From an uncultured Deinococcaceae bacterium (lineage in GTDB: Bacteria > Deinococcota > Deinococci > Deinococcales > Deinococcaceae): a stretch of 64,000 bases of DNA. Positions 53,098 through 64,000 of the stretch are shown piece by piece. Under the pieces are notes generated by a model. That model had not been told where the DNA came from and made no database searches. It saw only the letters and a list, made by a program, of their open reading frames with translations. Within the stretch, counting starts at the first letter, position 1. Each line of letters starts with the position of its first letter. The position numbers were made by a program, and so were the translations under genes. Location: the NCBI GenBank assembly GCA_964252075.1, contig CAXULY010000013.1, forward strand, positions 1 through 64,000, given 5' to 3'.

Positions 53098-53358
53098 TCA
53101 GTGCACCGAGTAGAGCGTGCGCCCGTGTGACTCCGCCACCTTCAGCAGACCCAGGGTGAGCAGGCGCTCGCACAGCGCGTCCACCTCGGGGAGCGTCAGG
53201 CCGAGCGCCTGCGCGATTCCGGCGGCGTCCTCGCGCCGCCCCAGCAGGTGCCCGATCAGCCGGCCCTCAATGGGGCGCAGGGGCGCGTCCAGGTCCGAGA
53301 GGCGTTGTCGCGGCGCGCCCTTGCGGCTGAGGAGTCCGTTCGAGCTTTTCACGGTCAT
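53098..53358 (-). CDS. Small winged-HTH-like protein
   Basis: IAQALGL..PEV..LCERL..LGLL pattern. Confidence 0.55.
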   Translation of the reverse strand: MTVKSSNGLLSRKGAPRQRLSDLDAPLRPIEGRLIGHLLGRREDAAGIAQALGLTLPEVDALCERLLTLGLLKVAESHGRTLYSVH

Positions 53359-53413
53359 GCCCTCACTACGCCACACCCCGCCTCACACTTCTCTTACTTC
53401 ACCCACGCGCGAC

Positions 53414-54535
53414 TCACGCGACGGGCGCCACCGTGCTGCTGTGAATGGTGCGCTCCTCCGCCTCGCCGCCGCGCAGGAGGGGCATCACCAGTTCCCCGAA
53501 ACGCCGCGCCTCTTCCAGGTGTGGGTACCCGCTGAAGATGAAGGTCGAGATGCCCAGGCGCTCGTAGCCGCGAATCTTGTCCGCCACCTGCTGCGGGCTC
53601 CCCACAATCGCCACGCCCACCCCGCTGCGCGCCATGCCGACGCCCGCCCACAGGTTCGGTTCGACCAGCAGCGAATCACCCGCCTGCCGCAGCATCTCAA
53701 TCTGCCGCAGCTGCCCCACGCCGTCCACGTGCTGGTAGCTTTCCACAAAGGCGCGCCGCACCTCCGGGTCCACCCGCGAGATCAGGCGCTCCGCGGCCTG
53801 CCACGCCTCGTCCTCCGTCTCGCGCACGATCACGTGCGTGCGCAGGCCGTACCCGAGGGTGCGCCCGTACTCCGCTTCCAGCGCGCGCATCTTCGCGAGG
53901 CGCTCTTCGAGCATGTCCTGGCGCTCGCCCCACAGCAGGTACACGTCCGCGAGTTCCGCCGCGAGGCGCTGCGCCGCCTCCGATGCGCCCCCAAAATACA
54001 GGGGCACCGGCACGACGGGCGGCGGGTCCAGCACCGCGCCCTCGAAGCGGTAGAGGTCCGAGTGGTAACTCTGCGGGGGCGTGCCCGTCCACAGCTGCCG
54101 CAGGATCTGCATGAACTCCCGCGTGCGCTCGTAGCGCTGCGCGTGCGCCTCGAAATCCCCGTACATGGCGTTCTCGGCGGGGCTGGAGCCCGTCACGATG
54201 TTCACCCGCACGCGCCCCGGGAAGAGGTTCTGCGCGCTCGCGATCATCTTCGCGTACATGGCCGGGTGGAACATGCCGGGCCGCACCGCGATCAGCAGGC
54301 CCGCGCCGCGCGTGCGGGCGAGCGCCGCGATGGCCGCCGTGTAGTTCTCGTGCTCGCTGTGGTAGTTCGTGGCGGTCAGCAGGCTGGAGAAGCCCGCCTC
54401 CGCGGCGGTCTCGATCAGGCTGGATACGTACTCCAGGGTGGGCTTGCGGGGCGGCTTCTCCCGGGTGCCGATGAACTCGCCGTCGCGGGAGAGCTGCGCG
54501 AACCACAGGAAGTCGGAGGTGGAGGGGGTGGTCAT
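53414..54535 (-). CDS. LLM-class flavin monooxygenase (SsuD-like)
   Basis: AEAGF, AVRPG, NIVTG, YFGGAS, NLWAGVG.AR.G.G.AIVG, SGYPHLEEA. Confidence 0.85.
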   Translation of the reverse strand: MTTPSTSDFLWFAQLSRDGEFIGTREKPPRKPTLEYVSSLIETAAEAGFSSLLTATNYHSEHENYTAAIAALARTRGAGLLIAVRPGMFHPAMYAKMIASAQNLFPGRVRVNIVTGSSPAENAMYGDFEAHAQRYERTREFMQILRQLWTGTPPQSYHSDLYRFEGAVLDPPPVVPVPLYFGGASEAAQRLAAELADVYLLWGERQDMLEERLAKMRALEAEYGRTLGYGLRTHVIVRETEDEAWQAAERLISRVDPEVRRAFVESYQHVDGVGQLRQIEMLRQAGDSLLVEPNLWAGVGMARSGVGVAIVGSPQQVADKIRGYERLGISTFIFSGYPHLEEARRFGELVMPLLRGGEAEERTIHSSTVAPVA

Positions 54536-55014
54536 GCGGGGAACTCCTTGAGGGGCTTGGTGAGCTTGAGGGTGTCTTCCTGAAAGCCGAGCGCGGCGTA
54601 GAACCCCCGCGCCCGGGCGTTCGCGGCGAAGACGTGCAGGGTCAGGGTGGGCAGGCCGCGCGCCCGCGCCCAGTCCTCCGCGGCGGCGACGAGCGCGCGG
54701 CCCAGGCCGCGCCCCTCGGCGCCCGGCGCCACCGCGATGGACGCGAGGTACGCCTGCGGCTCCGCGCTGAAGTAATCGTGCTCCACGCGCACCTCCACGA
54801 AGCCCGCGAGGGCGCCGGACGCCTCCGCGACCAGCACGAGGCTGTCCGGTTCGTCTGGCTGGAGCTGCGCGAGCAGGCGCTGGTTGGCCATCACCACCTG
54901 CACCGGGTCGTGCCACGCGGGCAGGTCGAAGGCCACGAAGCGCGGGGCGAAGGTCAGCAGGGCCGCGCGGTCCGATCCCCTGAAGGGCCGCAGGGTGAAG
55001 CCGGGCGCGCTCAC
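54532..55014 (-). CDS. GNAT acetyltransferase
   Basis: AVAPGAEGRGLG, N.RA..FY..LGF. Confidence 0.82.
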   Translation of the reverse strand: MSAPGFTLRPFRGSDRAALLTFAPRFVAFDLPAWHDPVQVVMANQRLLAQLQPDEPDSLVLVAEASGALAGFVEVRVEHDYFSAEPQAYLASIAVAPGAEGRGLGRALVAAAEDWARARGLPTLTLHVFAANARARGFYAALGFQEDTLKLTKPLKEFPA

Positions 55015-55235
55015 CGCTCGTTCCCCCGCTTGAAGTTGCCCGTCGCCTTCGCCAGCGCGAGCTGGGCGGCGAGGGGGTCGCCGGACTGCACGGCCTTCAG
55101 GAGCTTCTCGGCCTCCCGGCCCCTGAAGACCCGCGCCAGCCGCCCCTGATGGAACACCGTGAGGGTGCCGCACTTGTCCTGGCGGTACGTGAAGGGCTCG
55201 GCCTTCAGGGCGTCGTGCTGGTCCACGCCGCTCAC
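55011..55235 (-). CDS. Small hypothetical protein
   Basis: QLALAKATGNFKRGNER C-terminus; GTGA overlaps on both sides. Confidence 0.7.
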   Translation of the reverse strand: MSGVDQHDALKAEPFTYRQDKCGTLTVFHQGRLARVFRGREAEKLLKAVQSGDPLAAQLALAKATGNFKRGNER

Positions 55236-56068
55236 GCCTTTACCCCGCCCGCCGTCAGGCCCGTCACGAAGCGCTTCTGGAACACCACGATCAAGAGCAC
55301 GACCGGGAGTACCGCGATCATGATGGCGGCTGAAATAACTGGCCACGGAAAGGTGAATTCACCTTGGTACAGCGGGACGCCTACGGCCACTGTGCGCATC
55401 AATGGACTGGTATTGAATGTCAGCGCCAGCAGGAACTCGTTCCAGGAGTTCACGAACACCAGGAGCGCCGCGGTCACCATGCCGGGCGCGCTGAGCGGCA
55501 CCACCACCCGCCACAGCGCCCCCACCCGCGACGAGCCGTCCACCATCGCGGCGGCCTCCAGGTCGCGCGGGATGCCCGCGAAGAAGGCCATGAGGACCAG
55601 AATCGCGACGGGCAGCGAGAGCGCCGTGTAAGGCAGGATCAGCGCAGGGTAGCTGTTTAGCAGGTTCAGGCCGCGCATGATCTTGAAGAGCGGCACCATC
55701 AGACTGACGGTGGGGAACATGCTGAACACCACCACCAGCGTGACGTAGAGGGCGCGCCCGCGCAGCTTCAGGCGCGTGAGGGCGTACGCGGCGAGCGCCG
55801 CCACCACCACGCACAGCCCGGTGCTGACGCCCGACACGATCAGGGAATTCAGGAAGAAGCGCGCGAAAGGCTGCTGCGTGAACACCTGCCCATAGTTCTG
55901 CCAGGCAGGCGCGTGCGGCAGGTACTGCACGGGGAACTGCTGCAGTTCATCGCCCGTCTTGAGGCTGGTGAGCGCGATCCACACCAGCGGAAAGCAGCCG
56001 CCCACGATGAGCAGCAGCAGGCCCAGGTACTTCACGAGCCGCTCGGGGAGGGGCAGGGCGCGCGTCAC
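55232..56068 (-). CDS. Sugar ABC transporter permease (MalG-like)
   Basis: LEAAAMVDG, NSWNEF. Confidence 0.88.
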   Translation of the reverse strand: MTRALPLPERLVKYLGLLLLIVGGCFPLVWIALTSLKTGDELQQFPVQYLPHAPAWQNYGQVFTQQPFARFFLNSLIVSGVSTGLCVVVAALAAYALTRLKLRGRALYVTLVVVFSMFPTVSLMVPLFKIMRGLNLLNSYPALILPYTALSLPVAILVLMAFFAGIPRDLEAAAMVDGSSRVGALWRVVVPLSAPGMVTAALLVFVNSWNEFLLALTFNTSPLMRTVAVGVPLYQGEFTFPWPVISAAIMIAVLPVVLLIVVFQKRFVTGLTAGGVKA

Positions 56069-57003
56069 GCGTCCCCCCGCACGAAGCGCACGTAGAAGGC
56101 CGTGATGACGAGGCTCACCGCGAACAGCGCCACCGCGAGCGCCGCGCCGTACCCGAAGTCCAGGAACTCGATGGTGGTGCGGTAGATGTAGATGCCGAGC
56201 GTCTCGGTCGCGCCGCCCGCCCCGACGGTGGGGCCGCCGCCCGTGAGGGCGTAGGGGATGTCGAAGAGCTGGATGGCGCTGATCGCGCGGAAGATGAACG
56301 CCACCGCGAGCGCCGGGGCGAGCATGGGGAGCGTGATGTGCCAGAAGTTCGCCCACTTGCTCGCGCCGTCCACCTCCGCCGCCTCGCTGAGGTCCTGCGG
56401 GATGCCCTGCAGCCCCCCGAGCGCGATGAGCGCCACGAAGCTTGCGGTCTTCCACACCACCGTGATGACGAGCGCCACGCCCGCCAGCACGGGGCTGGAC
56501 AGGAAGCGCAGCGGCTCCGCGATCAGGTGCGCGCGTACCAGCAGGTCGTTGATGACGCCGTACTGCCCGTTGAACAGCCACTGAAAAATCAGCGCGCTGA
56601 TGACGGGCGGCATCGCCCACGGGAGCAGCATCGCGACGCGCGCCAGCCAGCGCAGGCGCGACTCTGCGTGCGCGACGAGCGCCATCGGCACGCCGATGAT
56701 GAACGAGCCCACGACCTCCGCGCCGCCGTACAGCAGGGTGTTGCGCAGGGCGTTTAAAAAGCGCGCGTCCCCGAACATGTGCGCGTAGTTCTTCAGGCCC
56801 ACGAAGGGCGTGCCCAGCCACGGCTCGGTAAGGCTCTGCGCGAAGAGGCTGGTGTACACGGTGTTCAGCATGGGGTAGAGCAGCACGCCCCCGAAGATCA
56901 GCGCGGCGGGCAGCAGCAGCCAGAAGGCCAGTGCCCCTTCGCTGGCCTCGCGGCGGGGGCGGCGGGCGGCGGGGCGGGAGGGGACGCTCTGGCTCACGCC
57001 CAC
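56065..57003 (-). CDS. Sugar ABC transporter permease (MalF-like)
   Basis: FVGLKNY, LLPWAMP, EAAEVDGAS, TGGGP; start uncertain. Confidence 0.88.
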   Translation of the reverse strand: MGVSQSVPSRPAARRPRREASEGALAFWLLLPAALIFGGVLLYPMLNTVYTSLFAQSLTEPWLGTPFVGLKNYAHMFGDARFLNALRNTLLYGGAEVVGSFIIGVPMALVAHAESRLRWLARVAMLLPWAMPPVISALIFQWLFNGQYGVINDLLVRAHLIAEPLRFLSSPVLAGVALVITVVWKTASFVALIALGGLQGIPQDLSEAAEVDGASKWANFWHITLPMLAPALAVAFIFRAISAIQLFDIPYALTGGGPTVGAGGATETLGIYIYRTTIEFLDFGYGAALAVALFAVSLVITAFYVRFVRGDA

Positions 57004-57034
57004 CCCCCTGTCGCCCTCAAGCGCGCGCTCATCA

Positions 57035-58282
57035 TCACTGCTTCAACAGTGGCTCCAGGCCCTGCTGCATGTCCTTCAGGGCCGCGTCCACGCTCTTGGA
57101 GCCCGCCACCGCGGCGGACACGTTGTTGCGGATGACTTCCGACACGCGCGGGTAGGCGGGCGTGACGGGGCGGGGCCGCGCGCCCTTCACGACGGGCAGC
57201 ATGGCCTTGAAGTGCGGGTTGGCGGCCAGCACCGCCTTGTCGGTGTACAGCGCGGTCCGCACGGGCAGGTACGCGCCCTTCACGGCGATCTCGCGCTGCA
57301 CGTTGGCGCTCACCATGTACTGCAGGAGCTTCGCGGCGGCCGCCTTGTTCTTGCTGTACGCGCTCACCGCCCAGTTCCAGCCGCCCGTGCAGGTGGCGCT
57401 GGCGTTCTTGCCGAAGGCGGGGAGTTTCGCGACGCCCACGTCGCCCTTCACCTTGGTGGGGTCGGGGCTGTTGCCCTGGAAGTGCGCCCAGGCGTAGCTC
57501 CAGTTCAGGCCGAACAGCACGTTCCCCGCCTGGAACTGCTGGCGGGAGTCGTCCGTCTTGATCTCGCTGCTCGCGGCGGGTGCGAGGCCGGTCTTCACGG
57601 CGTTCACGAGGAACCCGAGGCCCTGCTGGCCCTGCGCGCCCGTCACGTTGTTCACGGTGCCGCCCGCGCTCCACAGGGTCTCCAGGAAGTTGCACACGGT
57701 GCCCTCTATGGGCGCGCCCTGGAAGTTGAAGCCCTGCAGTTTGCCGCCTTCGGCCTTCGTGATCCGCTGCGCGGTCTGCGTGAGCTCGTCCCAGGTGGTG
57801 GGCACCTTCGCCTTGTACTTGTCCAGCAGGTCCTTGCGGTAGTACAGGAACTGCACGTCCGTGAAGGCGGGCAGCGCGTACAGCTTGCCGCTCACGCTGC
57901 TCGCCGCGATGGGGCCGGGCAGGAAGGCCTTCAGGTAGGCGTCCTTGCTGGGCAGGTAACTGTCGAGCGGTTCCGCCCAGTTCGCGGCGGCGAAGGTCGC
58001 GGTGCGCACCACGTCGATCAGGAACACGTCGAGGCTGGGGTCGCGCGCGGCGAGCACGGTGGTGAGGTACTGGTTCTGCACCTCGCTGGTGGCGCCGCCC
58101 TGCTCGATCTTGATCTTGATGTTGGGGTTCTGCTGGCTGAAACGATCAAATATCGGCTGGAACACTTCCGGGCGCTGCTGTGAGCCCATGAAGACGGTCA
58201 GCGTGGTCTGCTGCGCGAGCGCGGCGGAGGCGGCGCTGAGGCCCAGCAGGGCGAGGGTGGCTGAGGCGATGGTTCGGTTCAT
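57035..58282 (-). CDS. Sugar ABC transporter substrate-binding protein
   Basis: Signal peptide, LYYRKDLL, PTTWDEL, TGGWNWAV, RPRPVTP; GAGG RBS. Confidence 0.88.
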   Translation of the reverse strand: MNRTIASATLALLGLSAASAALAQQTTLTVFMGSQQRPEVFQPIFDRFSQQNPNIKIKIEQGGATSEVQNQYLTTVLAARDPSLDVFLIDVVRTATFAAANWAEPLDSYLPSKDAYLKAFLPGPIAASSVSGKLYALPAFTDVQFLYYRKDLLDKYKAKVPTTWDELTQTAQRITKAEGGKLQGFNFQGAPIEGTVCNFLETLWSAGGTVNNVTGAQGQQGLGFLVNAVKTGLAPAASSEIKTDDSRQQFQAGNVLFGLNWSYAWAHFQGNSPDPTKVKGDVGVAKLPAFGKNASATCTGGWNWAVSAYSKNKAAAAKLLQYMVSANVQREIAVKGAYLPVRTALYTDKAVLAANPHFKAMLPVVKGARPRPVTPAYPRVSEVIRNNVSAAVAGSKSVDAALKDMQQGLEPLLKQ

Positions 58283-58438
58283 GGGTGACCTCGTGGGTTG
58301 TGGTGGTGCCGATGCCCCGACTGTACCCTGCCCGTCCGGGTGCGGCAATCGGCGGATCACCACGCCCACAAACATTACCAAATCCATCAACAATGGGCTG
58401 GGGCCGGGGGTCACCCCCCGGCCCCAGCGGGACCGCCG

Positions 58439-59611
58439 TCAGTAGCGGGGCAACCCCGCCAGTCCGCCGAACTCCTTCACGAGGCGGTTGGCGTGATCCC
58501 CGTGCACGCGCCGCACCTGCACCCCGTACAGCGACTGGAAGTCCGGCAGCACCTCCTCCAGCGTCACGCGCTCCATCAGGCTGCCGTCCAGCGGGCTCTC
58601 CGTGAGGTTGCGGCTGGTGAAGTACGGCACCTCATGGTTGTGGCTGCGGTACACGTGCATCTGCGCGCCGTCCTCAGGAATGACCAGCAGGTACAGCTGC
58701 GCCTGCTGGATCATCTCCAGCACCCGCTCCACCTCCATCACGCCCTTCTCCTGAATCTGGTCGAGCAGCTGCGCCTCCTGCTGCACGCGGTGCGCCTCGA
58801 CCATCGGCATGACCTTCTCCTGAATGTGCCCGATGTCCGCCCAGCCCGCGCCCGCACCCACGTTCGTCTCGCCGATCACCTGGTACGGCGGCTTGTCCGG
58901 CAGTTCCGCCTTGAACTCCGCGAGGCGCTGCACGGGCCCCACCAGCACCAGCTCCTTGAGGTTGTACGCGCGCATGACCTTGTCGAGCTCCGTGACCATC
59001 TGGTTGTAGAAGCGCTGCTGGTTGGCCTCCTCGCGCTTCTCGAACAGGTCGTAGCCGCTGTCGCTGCGCGGGCCGCTGCCCGGCTGGTTGCGCCCCGCGC
59101 CGCCCGAACCCTGGTTGCCGGGCACGTTGCGGGTGCCGGACACCATGGTGTCCCAGCGGTCCCCGTCGTCGAGGCGCACGTTCTCGCGGCGCCGGATCTC
59201 GCGCAGTTCGCCCTGCTGCAGCACGAAGAAGCGCGCCCACTCGCGGTCCACGGCGAGCACCGCGACGCTCGGCATGAGTTCCAGGATGCTGTCCAGCAGC
59301 GCCTTCATGGGCCGCCCGTAGTGAATGCGTTCCGGCAGGTCCATCTGCAGGTCGTGGCGTTCGAAGAGGTCGTCGCCCACCACGTACAAGGCGCTCTTGC
59401 CGCCCAGCTGCCCGGGGTGCTTCAGGTCGTCGAGCACCTGGTCCATGACGGTGGGCGGCACGCCGGCCTCCACCATCTGCACCTTCACGCGCGTGGCGAG
59501 TCCGGCGCTCTCGTTGTCCACATCGGCGGGATTGTCATGGATGACGGCCATCAGCACCATGGCGTCTTCGGGCAGGCTCTGAATGCGGTCAATGTCGGTT
59601 CTGGAGATCAT
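58439..59611 (-). CDS. Bacterial aeRF1-like (baeRF/VLRF1-type) release-factor family protein
   Basis: VLAVDRE.ARFF, Gly-rich loop, RFY, LVLVGP, C-terminal GGLAGLPRY resembling aRF1/Pelota GG.AA.LRY. Confidence 0.7.
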   Translation of the reverse strand: MISRTDIDRIQSLPEDAMVLMAVIHDNPADVDNESAGLATRVKVQMVEAGVPPTVMDQVLDDLKHPGQLGGKSALYVVGDDLFERHDLQMDLPERIHYGRPMKALLDSILELMPSVAVLAVDREWARFFVLQQGELREIRRRENVRLDDGDRWDTMVSGTRNVPGNQGSGGAGRNQPGSGPRSDSGYDLFEKREEANQQRFYNQMVTELDKVMRAYNLKELVLVGPVQRLAEFKAELPDKPPYQVIGETNVGAGAGWADIGHIQEKVMPMVEAHRVQQEAQLLDQIQEKGVMEVERVLEMIQQAQLYLLVIPEDGAQMHVYRSHNHEVPYFTSRNLTESPLDGSLMERVTLEEVLPDFQSLYGVQVRRVHGDHANRLVKEFGGLAGLPRY

Positions 59612-59805
59612 GCGGGCCTCCTCGTGAAATGAGTGGCCCCATTCTGGTGACGCGTGACGCTGAGGCAACGCACGGTTGGGTGAAGTCCGGTTCATGGGGC
59701 TTATGGCTGCGCTTAAGCGGTGTGTAAGGTGTGTAAGATACACACCCGCGCGCGCATGTTAGACTCGCGCCAGCAGGAGGTGAAGGGCGCACACACAACT
59801 CGGGC

Positions 59806-59972
59806 AGCGTACAGGCCAGCGACCGCGCACGCGCGCCGCTGGTGACGAGGTGGAGGTCATCGAAAACATCTGCGGATGCCTCCAGGGTGAGCGAACGGCA
59901 CCCTACCCACCAGCCGCAAGGCTGGCAAGCCGGGCGATAACCCCCGCGGCAACGCGGGCATAAGGCCCAGGC
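59806..59972 (+). ncRNA. glmS ribozyme
   Basis: AGCG at 59806, P1 gccagcg/cgctggt, GACGAGG-TGGAGG..ATCGA..GCGGATGCCTCC core; upstream of glmS; 3' boundary approximate. Confidence 0.88.
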
Positions 59973-60104
59973 ACCACCGCATGGGCGGCCACCCAGCCGC
60001 CGGAACCCCCAACCCAACACGTGACCGCCCCAGCGCGGCCGCGTTCATCCTTGCGGGCCGCCCCAGTGCGGGGCGCGCCCATCACCCCGCAGGAGCACCA
60101 GACC

Positions 60105-61925
<1,821 letters not shown>

Positions 61926-61973
61926 CCGGACGCCGCAGGGGGCGGGCCGTCACGCACGGTCCGCCCCGCTGTT

Positions 61974-64000
61974 TTACTCCACCCGCACGTCCGCGACGCT
62001 CACGTCGCCGGGGTACGTGACGAAGCGCGCGCCGAGCGGCGGGAGGCGAACGACCTGCTCCAGCTCGTTCCCGCCCTGCAGGTCCCGTCCGCCCGCCGGG
62101 AGCCGCACCGTGCGGGTGTCCGTGCGGCTGAAGTTCAGGAGGTGCAGCACGCTGCCCGCCTCGTCCCGTGACACGCCCAGGTCGAGGTCCAGGGGCACGC
62201 CCGTGACGGGCACGCCGCGCGCGGTGAGCGCCTCGCGCAGCAGCGCCTGCACTTCCGGCTGGGGCAGGTCGGCGGCGGCGTAGTAGGCCGCGCCCTGCCC
62301 GAAGGCGTGGCGGGTGAGGGCCGCGCCGCCCGTCAGGAAGCCCCCCTCGAAGGTGGCGAGCACGTCGGCGCCCTCCGGGTGCAGCACCTCCGCCCAGGTG
62401 TCGCAGCGCGCCTCGCGGCCGTCCGCGAAGCGCAGGCCGAGCGTCTCGCCGCCCGGCAGCGGCACCCATTCCTCCACCCAGGCGCCCAGCACGTCGCGCA
62501 GCAGCGCGGGGTAGCCGCCCAACTGCACCTGATCGCGCTCGTCCACGATGCCGGAGAAGGGCCCCATCACCAGCGTGCCGCCCGCGCGCGTGAAGGCCCG
62601 CAGGTCCTCGGCGGTCCCCTGCGTGAGCAGGTACGCGTTCGGGACGACCACCGCGTCGTAGCCGTCCAGCGGCGCGCCGGGCGCCACGAGGTCCACGTTC
62701 TGCCCCAGTGAGCGCAGCGCCGCGTGGTACTTCAGGGCGGTGGGCAGCTGCTGCAGGCGCGCGCTGGGCTTGCTGTCCAGCTCCAGCGCCCACCAGCTGT
62801 GCCAGTCGAAGAGCAGCGCGACGCGCGCGGGCACGTGGCAGCCCGTGAGGCGCGCGAGACTGGGGAGTTCGGCGCCGAGCGCCTTCACCTCATTCCAGAT
62901 GCGGGAGTGCTGGGTGCCGACGTGCGGCACCATGCCGCTGTGGAATTTCTCCGCGCCGCCGCGCGACGCGCGCCACTGGAAGAACATCACGGCGTCCGCG
63001 CCGTGCGCGAGCGCCTGCAGGGACGTGAGGCGCATCAGGCCCGGCGGTTTGGGGGCGTTCTCCGCGCGCCAGTTCACGGCGCTGGTCGCCTGCTCCATCA
63101 GCAGCCAGCGCTGACCGCCGCGCAGCGAGCGGGTGAGGTCGAACTGCGCGGCGCTGTCCAGGTGCCCCACCGCGCTGGCGGGGTCCGGGTAGGCGTCGAG
63201 GCTCGCCACGTCCTCGTGCCGCGCCCACTCGAAGTAATCCAGCCCTTTCAGGAACCCGATGAAGTTCGTGGTGACGGGCACCTGCGGCGTCACCTCGCGC
63301 AGCACCGCGACCTCATCCGTGAAGAGGCCCAGCAGGTTGTCGCTGGAGAAGCGCCGCCAGTCCAGCTGCAGGGCGGGGTTGCTGAAGGTGGGCGCGCGGC
63401 GCGGCGGCTGCACCTCTGCCCAGTCACCGTAGTGCAGGCTCCAGAAGGCGGTGCTCCAGGCGTCGTTCAGGGCGTCGAGGGTGCCGTAGCGTTCCTCCAG
63501 CCACGTGCGGAAGCGCGCGGCGCACAGCTCGCAGAAGCACTCGCTGATGTGGCAGCCGTACTCGTTGTTCACGTGCCACATCTGCAGGGCGGGGTGTGTG
63601 GCGTAGCGCTCCGCGAGGGCGCGCACGAGGCGCAGCGCGCGCTGGCGGAACGCGGCGTGGCTGGGGCAGTACAGCTGCCGCGCGCCAACCTCCAGGCGCA
63701 CGCCGTCCGCCGTGACAGGCCGCGAGTCCGGGTACAGGCGCGCCAGCCACGGCGGTGGGCTGGCGGTGGCGGTGGCGAGGTTCACGCCGACGCCGCCCGC
63801 ATGCAGCAGGTCCATGATCCGGTCGAGCCACGTGAAGTCGTAGGCCTCGTGCGGGCCGGGCTGAAGGCGCGCCCAGGAGAAAATGCCGAGTGACACGAAG
63901 TTCACGCCTGCTTCCTGCATGAGGCGGACGTCTTCGGGCCACAGGTCTTCGGGCCATTGCTCGGGGTTGTAGTCGCCGCCGTACAGGATGGAGTCGCGTG
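61974..64000 (-). CDS. GH42 beta-galactosidase, 5'-partial
   Basis: Frame continues past the track start to YGGDYNPEQWP; WHVNNEY, LMEQ, EKFH. Confidence 0.92.
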   Translation of the reverse strand, partial: RDSILYGGDYNPEQWPEDLWPEDVRLMQEAGVNFVSLGIFSWARLQPGPHEAYDFTWLDRIMDLLHAGGVGVNLATATASPPPWLARLYPDSRPVTADGVRLEVGARQLYCPSHAAFRQRALRLVRALAERYATHPALQMWHVNNEYGCHISECFCELCAARFRTWLEERYGTLDALNDAWSTAFWSLHYGDWAEVQPPRRAPTFSNPALQLDWRRFSSDNLLGLFTDEVAVLREVTPQVPVTTNFIGFLKGLDYFEWARHEDVASLDAYPDPASAVGHLDSAAQFDLTRSLRGGQRWLLMEQATSAVNWRAENAPKPPGLMRLTSLQALAHGADAVMFFQWRASRGGAEKFHSGMVPHVGTQHSRIWNEVKALGAELPSLARLTGCHVPARVALLFDWHSWWALELDSKPSARLQQLPTALKYHAALRSLGQNVDLVAPGAPLDGYDAVVVPNAYLLTQGTAEDLRAFTRAGGTLVMGPFSGIVDERDQVQLGGYPALLRDVLGAWVEEWVPLPGGETLGLRFADGREARCDTWAEVLHPEGADVLATFEGGFLTGGAALTRHAFGQGAAYYAAADLPQPEVQALLREALTARGVPVTGVPLDLDLGVSRDEAGSVLHLLNFSRTDTRTVRLPAGGRDLQGGNELEQVVRLPPLGARFVTYPGDVSVADVRVE

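Overview
High-GC bacterial chromosome segment, almost certainly Deinococcus (inferred from the gene set, many apparently leaderless genes with TAnnnT 5-7 nt before the start codon, and RDRM-type palindromes). Housekeeping and metabolic content: the end of a polyol operon, M20 peptidase, divergent sufE/sseA, murE, two deoxynucleoside kinases, HtrA, gpsA, class II RNR nrdJ with NrdR boxes, tRNA-His/tRNA-Leu/tig, an M16 peptidase pair, a cobalamin riboswitch with a btuFCD-cob salvage operon, M32 carboxypeptidase, a GGDEF-EAL protein, a sugar ABC-GNAT-LLM operon, an aeRF1-like factor, glmS ribozyme plus glmS, and a partial GH42 beta-galactosidase. Most notable: (1) five dispersed copies of a ~75-bp non-coding unit built as -35/17 bp/-10 followed directly by a ~27-nt hairpin-U-tract, every copy pointing head-on at the 3' end of a gene; (2) an RDRM-overlapped divergent switch between a CI/LexA-like repressor and a holin-like/ATP-grasp pair, plus a second RDRM promoter with no obvious target; (3) a subtilisin-scaffold lipoprotein with sedolisin-type catalytic motifs; (4) an AT-rich stand-alone AIPR gene right after nrdJ. 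All calls are from reading the sequence; no searches were run.
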